A stretch of DNA of 32,000 nucleotides, taken from positions 330,001 to 362,000 of the forward strand of contig NZ_JBHSTI010000008.1 of NCBI RefSeq assembly GCF_042660085.1, in the 5' to 3' direction. Below, one piece after another: positions 27,810 through 32,000 of the stretch. The position numbers and the translations under genes were made by a program. This stretch comes from Longivirga aurantiaca (GTDB lineage Bacteria; Actinomycetota; Actinomycetes; S36-B12; CAIYMF01). The notes under the pieces are model-generated. The model was not told the DNA's origin. It searched no databases and saw nothing but the letters and a program-made list of their open reading frames with translations. The number at the start of each line of letters is the position of its first letter. Positions within the stretch are counted from its first letter, which is position 1.

Positions 27810-27963
27810 CGCCGTCCCCTGATCGTCGGAGGCGAGGCCGCCTCGAAATCGCACTCCGTCCAGGGTATCGGCGCCTTCCGGACCCACCGGCTCACCCGGA
27901 CGGGGGATGCCCGGTGACGGACGGGTGTCGGCGAGGCGTCGCGTCACCGCCGCACAGGGGGCG

Positions 27964-29460
27964 TCAGGGGGTGGGGCGGCGGTGCAGGGTCATCGGGAGG
28001 CCGTGCATGGGGCGCAGCGTGACGGCGGCCTGCGTGTCGACCGGCGACCCGGGGACGAGCCTCGCCTCCCAGCGCGCGGCGAGCGTCGCCAGCAGCAGGA
28101 TCGCCTCGGTCCAGGCGAACTGCTCGCCGATGCAGCGCCGGTTGCCGAACCCGAACGGGATGTAGGCGCCGCGCCGCTGACCGGGCGCGCTCTCGTCGTA
28201 CGCACCTGCGGCGTCGAGCCAGCGGTCGGGGTTGAACGACGTGGCTCGCGGCCAGAGGTCGGGGTCGCGGTGCATGATCCACGGCGAACCGAGCACGATC
28301 GACCCCGACGGCACGTCCCAGTCGCCGAGGCGCATGTCGGTGAGCGTGCGCCGGCCCATGATCCAGGCGGGCGGATAGAGCCGGATCGTCTCGGCGACGA
28401 CCGCGTGCGTGAACGGCAGGGCCGCGATGTCGCCGATCGTCGCGGGGCGCAGCCCGTCGTCGTACGACGGGTCGCGCAGGACCGCAGTCGCCTCAGCGGC
28501 CACACGTCCGGCGACCGTCGGGTGCGCCGACAGCAGCCACCACGCCCACGAGAGGGCCATCGCTGTCGTCTCGTGCCCGGCGAGCACCATCGTCATGACC
28601 TCGTCGCGCAGCTGGTCGTCGGTCATCGACTCGCCGAAGCGGTCCGCGCCCTCGGCGTCGCGGGCCTGGATCATCCAGGTGAGCAGGTCGTCGCCCGCCT
28701 CGCCCGCGTCGATCTTCGCGCGGTGCTCGTCGATGATCCGCTGGACGACGGCGTCGAGATCCTCCACGCGCGACAGGAGATGGCGGCCCTTGGGCAGCGC
28801 CCGCACGAGGCGCTCGTTGCCGATCGCCGTCAGCTGGCCGAAGCCGCTCATCAGCTCTTCGAGGGTGTCGCCGAACGCCTGGGCGTCACCTGTGAGATCG
28901 GTGCCGAACAGCGTGCGGCCGACGATCGCGAAGGTCAGCGACGTCATCTCGTCGACCATCTCGACCTGCGCCCCGTCGCGCCACGACGCCTGGTGCCGCA
29001 GCGCCTCGCGCACCATGTCGTCGGCGTACGCCGCGATGCGCTGCTTGTGGAACGCCGGCTGCGCGAGCCGGCGCTGGCGCAGGTGGAACTCGCCCTCGCT
29101 CGTGAGCAGGCCGTTGCCGAGCAGAGGTCGTGCTGCCTGCAGGCCGCGGCCCTTCATGACCTCGCGCGCGCGGGTCAGGAACACCTCGATGATGAGGTCC
29201 GGGTCGCTGAGCAGGTACACGTGCTCGCCGGCCATCTTGTAGTGCGCCACCGGCCCGTGGCCGCGGGCGATGGTCTCGAACAGGCGGTTCGGCGGCTCGC
29301 GCCGGCTCAGCAGGGTGAGGACGACGCCGGCGCCCCAGGGGCCGTCGGGGCGCTCGACCTTGTCGAGCCGGCTCTCCGCCGGGGTGGGCGCGTCCTCGCG
29401 CGGGCGGCGTCGGGCGGCGGCGCGGGCGGCGGCCTCGCGGGTGCGGCGTCGGTCGGACAT
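27964..29460 (-). CDS. Cytochrome P450
   Basis: VMTMVLAGHETTAMALSWAWWLLSAHP (I-helix), ETIRLYPP (ExxR), IPFGFGNRRCIGEQFAWTEA (heme-binding Cys). Confidence 0.97.
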   Translation of the reverse strand: MSDRRRTREAAARAAARRRPREDAPTPAESRLDKVERPDGPWGAGVVLTLLSRREPPNRLFETIARGHGPVAHYKMAGEHVYLLSDPDLIIEVFLTRAREVMKGRGLQAARPLLGNGLLTSEGEFHLRQRRLAQPAFHKQRIAAYADDMVREALRHQASWRDGAQVEMVDEMTSLTFAIVGRTLFGTDLTGDAQAFGDTLEELMSGFGQLTAIGNERLVRALPKGRHLLSRVEDLDAVVQRIIDEHRAKIDAGEAGDDLLTWMIQARDAEGADRFGESMTDDQLRDEVMTMVLAGHETTAMALSWAWWLLSAHPTVAGRVAAEATAVLRDPSYDDGLRPATIGDIAALPFTHAVVAETIRLYPPAWIMGRRTLTDMRLGDWDVPSGSIVLGSPWIMHRDPDLWPRATSFNPDRWLDAAGAYDESAPGQRRGAYIPFGFGNRRCIGEQFAWTEAILLLATLAARWEARLVPGSPVDTQAAVTLRPMHGLPMTLHRRPTP

Positions 29461-29615
29461 CGTGGTCACGGGATCAGGTCTACCCCTCCGCGGCGTACGG
29501 CGACACCCGGAGGAGCCGGTCCTGACACGACTCTGACCTCCCCCGGACGCGGCTCCGCCTGGAGCCGGCTGCGTCGGGATGATGGAACCTTTTGTACGGC
29601 TCTAGTGGATGAAGT

Positions 29616-29657
29616 CCCCTACCGGGCGAGGCCTTCGGCCATCGTCGCCCGGCGGGG
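29616..29657. promoter_or_regulatory. Stable stem-loop in the leader region upstream of the threonine dehydratase
   Basis: CCCCta-CCGGGCGA-GGCCttcGGCC-atcg-TCGCCCGG-cGGGG nested hairpin, about 80-120 bp upstream of the likely start codon. Confidence 0.4.
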
Positions 29658-29739
29658 GCCCAGCCTTCATCGGGAACGGGTCGGGGCGGACGCGGCGGAT
29701 CTGCCCCGGCGAGCGGCGCAGACAGGCAGACTGCAGGCC

Positions 29740-30951
29740 GTGATCGAGACGGTGACGGTGCAGGACGTCGAAGCAGCGCGGATCGCCCTCAAGGGGGTCG
29801 CGCGGGAGACACCGCTGCGCCCGGCGCGGTGGCTGGCCGACAAGGTCGGCGGCCCGGTGGACCTCAAGTGCGAGAACCTCCAGCGGGCGGGCAGCTTCAA
29901 GATCCGCGGTGCGTACACGCGCATGGTGCGGCTCTCGGAGGAGGAGCGTGCGCGCGGCGTCGTGGCCGCGAGCGCCGGCAACCATGCGCAGGGGGTGGCG
30001 CTCGCGGCGTCGATGCTCGGCATCTCCGCGACGGTGTTCATGCCGGTGGGCGCGCCGCTGCCGAAGGTGGCTGCGACCCGCGGGTACGGCGCGGAGATCC
30101 GCTTCATCGGTACGGCGATCGACGAGTGCCTCGTCGCCGCGCAGGAGTTCGCCGACGAGACGGGCGCGATCCTCATCCACCCGTTCGACCACAAGGACAT
30201 CGTCGCGGGGCAGGGCACGGTCGGTCTCGAGATCCTCGAGCAGCGCCCGGACGTGAAGACCATCGTCGTGTGCACCGGCGGCGGAGGCCTGCTCGCCGGG
30301 ATCGCCGTGGCGGTCAAGGCAGTTCGGCCCGACGTCCGCATCGTCGGCGTCCAGGCGGCGGGCGCCGCGGCGTACCCCGGCTCGCTCGCCGTGCACCACC
30401 CGGTGTCGCTCGCGTCGATGTCGACGATGGCCGACGGAATCGCCGTGGGGCGGCCGGGCGACGTGCCGTTCGCGCTCATCGACGACCTCGTCGACCAGGT
30501 GGTGGTCGTCGACGACGAGACGATCGCCCGTGCCCTGGTCCTCACCCTCGAGCGAGGCAAGCTGGTGGTCGAGCCGGCCGGTGCCGCAGGGCTGGCCGCC
30601 GTGCTCGACGACCCGGCGGCGTTCGAGCCGCCCGTGGTCGTCGTGGTGTCGGGCGGCAACGTCGACCCGCTGCTGCTGCTGCGGGTGATCCGGCACGGCC
30701 TCGCTGCGGCCGGGCGGTACAGCACCCTCACGGTGCGCATGCCCGACCGGCCGGGCTCGCTCGCCTCGCTCCTCGCAGCCCTCGCGGCGGCGGACGCCAA
30801 CGTGGTCGAGGTCGAGCACGCGCGGGCCGACCCCAAGCTGCATCTCGACGAGGTGCAGATCGAGGTGCAGGTGGAGACGCGGGGGCCCGAGCACCGGGAC
30901 GAGGTCCTGGCCCGGCTCGCCCGGGAGGGGTTCCACGTCACCACCGGATAG
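29740..30951 (+). CDS. ilvA: Threonine ammonia-lyase (threonine dehydratase) with C-terminal ACT domain
   Basis: LKCENLQRAGSFKIRGAY (PLP Lys), SAGNHAQGVAL, GGGGLLAGIAVAVKAVRP, EPAGAAGLAAV; ACT domain YSTLTVRMPDRPGSLASLLAALAAADANVVEVEHAR. Confidence 0.93.
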   Translation: MIETVTVQDVEAARIALKGVARETPLRPARWLADKVGGPVDLKCENLQRAGSFKIRGAYTRMVRLSEEERARGVVAASAGNHAQGVALAASMLGISATVFMPVGAPLPKVAATRGYGAEIRFIGTAIDECLVAAQEFADETGAILIHPFDHKDIVAGQGTVGLEILEQRPDVKTIVVCTGGGGLLAGIAVAVKAVRPDVRIVGVQAAGAAAYPGSLAVHHPVSLASMSTMADGIAVGRPGDVPFALIDDLVDQVVVVDDETIARALVLTLERGKLVVEPAGAAGLAAVLDDPAAFEPPVVVVVSGGNVDPLLLLRVIRHGLAAAGRYSTLTVRMPDRPGSLASLLAALAAADANVVEVEHARADPKLHLDEVQIEVQVETRGPEHRDEVLARLAREGFHVTTG

Positions 30952-30982
30952 GGCGCACCGGCCGGCTGCGCTGCCGGGCGCC
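30952..30982 (+). terminator. Possible terminator hairpin after the threonine dehydratase
   Basis: GGCGCaCCGGC ... GCCGGGCGCC, 10 bp stem with one bulge immediately after the stop. No U-tract. Confidence 0.4.
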
Positions 30983-31022
30983 CGCACCCCGTCGGAAGAA
31001 TGCCCGGTGGAGAGATGCGATG

Positions 31023-31050
31023 TACTTTGGCAAGCAGGATTGCCAAAGTA
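31023..31050. promoter_or_regulatory. 11+11 bp inverted repeat operator candidate
   Basis: TACTTTGGCAA-gcagga-TTGCCAAAGTA; its right arm contains a -35-like TTGCCA, 26 bp before the start codon. Confidence 0.7.
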
Positions 31051-31075
31051 GAAAGAATGGCTTTACAGTCGTCTC

Positions 31076-31852
31076 ATGAACGAGGACCTGAACTCCCTGC
31101 GCGACCTGCTCACCCGCGTGGCCTCCGGCGAGGTAGACCCCGCCGAGGCCGCCCGCCTCCTCGACGAGGACCCCTCGGTCCCCACCGTCGACCGCCGCGA
31201 CGACGTGCGCTCCGAGGCGCCCGTGTCCGCCCTGGCCATCCATGCCGGCGGCGTCAAGCTCACCGTCGTCGCCGACCCGACCGTCGCGACGGCAGTCGCC
31301 GACGGACCGCACGCCATCCGGCGCGAGGGCTCGGTCCTCGTGCTCGACGCCCCGAGCGAGGACGGCTACCGCACCACTCCGCCGCCGCGCTTCCTCGGCT
31401 GGGTGCCGGCCGCCTGGACCGGCGGACGCGGCCAGAAGGTGATGGTGCGGGTCAACCCCGCGCTCCCGCTCACCGTCGAGGCGACGGCGTGCTCGGTCGA
31501 CATCACCGGGCTGCGGGCACCGCTCACCCTGGGCGGCAGCGCGTCGGCCGTGAAGGTGCACGACCATGTCGGCGGCCTGCACGGCAGCCTCGCGATGGGC
31601 TCGGCCGAGATCGCCGCGACGGTGACCGAGCCGAGCGACCTCGCCTGCGAGCTCGGGAGCCTCGAGCTGCTGCTCGCTCCGGGCTCGGACGTCACCCTGA
31701 CCGCCACGTGCGACCTCGGCGAGGTGAAGCTGCCGCACGCCGCGTCGCGGGAGGCTGCGTCCGCGCGGCAGACGAGCGTGATCGGGGCCGGCACCCATCC
31801 GTTCACGGTGGCGGTGCGCCTCGGCTCGGCCACGGTGGCGGTGGCGTCGTGA
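31076..31852 (+). CDS. DUF4097-like (putative adhesin fold) protein
   Basis: MNEDLNSLRDLLTRVASGEVDPAEAARLLDEDP N-terminal motif, followed by a repetitive beta-rich domain (TACSVDITGLRAPLTLGGSASAVKVHDHVGGLHGSLAMGSAEIAATV). Confidence 0.7.
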   Translation: MNEDLNSLRDLLTRVASGEVDPAEAARLLDEDPSVPTVDRRDDVRSEAPVSALAIHAGGVKLTVVADPTVATAVADGPHAIRREGSVLVLDAPSEDGYRTTPPPRFLGWVPAAWTGGRGQKVMVRVNPALPLTVEATACSVDITGLRAPLTLGGSASAVKVHDHVGGLHGSLAMGSAEIAATVTEPSDLACELGSLELLLAPGSDVTLTATCDLGEVKLPHAASREAASARQTSVIGAGTHPFTVAVRLGSATVAVAS

Positions 31853-32000
31853 CCCCCGTCCCGGACGTCACCCGTCGGCCGCCCCGGGCGTGCCCGGTCT
31901 GCTCGTCCGAGCTGATCATCACCGGCTGCGGCTGCCCCGAGTGCGGCACCGGCATCTCCGGCGAGTTCCGGATGAGCGCGTACGACGCCCTGACCGACGA
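31849..32000 (+). CDS. DUF2089-type zinc-ribbon/HTH protein, 5' part (truncated by window edge)
   Basis: VTPVPDVTRRPPRACPVCSSELIITGCGCPECGTGISGEFRMSAYDALTD: CPVC...CPECG zinc ribbon. GTGA overlap with the upstream gene. Confidence 0.75.
   Translation, partial: MTPVPDVTRRPPRACPVCSSELIITGCGCPECGTGISGEFRMSAYDALTD

Noticed and set aside
29584-29605. GGAACC near 29584 as an ECF-sigma -35 for ilvA
   Set aside because: No matching -10 element at 16-18 bp spacing; too weak to annotate.
27907-29739. 1014-aa ORF 27907-30951 suggesting an N-terminal extension or fusion to threonine dehydratase
   Set aside because: The first part is antisense to the cytochrome P450 and the frame is simply open; recognisable protein begins at about GTG 29740.
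1-32000. CRISPR arrays, tandem repeats, transposases/integrases, tRNA or rRNA genes, toxin-antitoxin or defence islands
   Set aside because: Looked for regularly spaced repeats, IS-like ORFs, tRNA-like cloverleaf 3' ends and defence-type domains; none could be supported from the sequence.

Overview
High-GC actinobacterial chromosomal window (32 kb), mostly housekeeping and metabolic genes in conserved short operons. From left to right: the 3' end of mycothiol-dependent formaldehyde dehydrogenase plus an MBL hydrolase; a small membrane protein; rplY; pth; a cysQ-like phosphatase; a LysR regulator; a DoxX-like membrane protein; a small zinc-ribbon protein; msrA; a methyl-accepting chemotaxis protein; DUF1905; cystathionine gamma-synthase; an orphan GlmL-like protein; a DUF2510 membrane protein; an amidase; a SnoaL-like protein; ung; a CYTH protein; a methyltransferase; an MFS transporter; a VWA protein paired with a MoxR/chelatase-type AAA+ ATPase; a FIST protein overlapping a ROK kinase; membrane, SRPBCC and hypothetical proteins; a cytochrome P450; threonine dehydratase; and a DUF4097-like protein followed by the start of a DUF2089-type protein. 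I found no CRISPR array, phage, transposase, rRNA, tRNA or recognisable biosynthetic cluster, and nothing I can confidently call a new system. The best second-look items are: (1) an 11+11 bp inverted repeat overlapping the apparent promoter of a possibly leaderless DUF4097-like/DUF2089 operon; (2) a 27-codon remnant of a second msrA, followed by a terminator-like hairpin and a 32 bp perfect palindrome; (3) a sigma28/WhiG-type promoter match upstream of the chemotaxis receptor; (4) the AAA+/VWA chelatase-like pair with an N in the Walker B region; (5) an orphan GlmL-like ATPase; (6) the FIST-ROK overlap. All calls are by eye from sequence, with no database searches.
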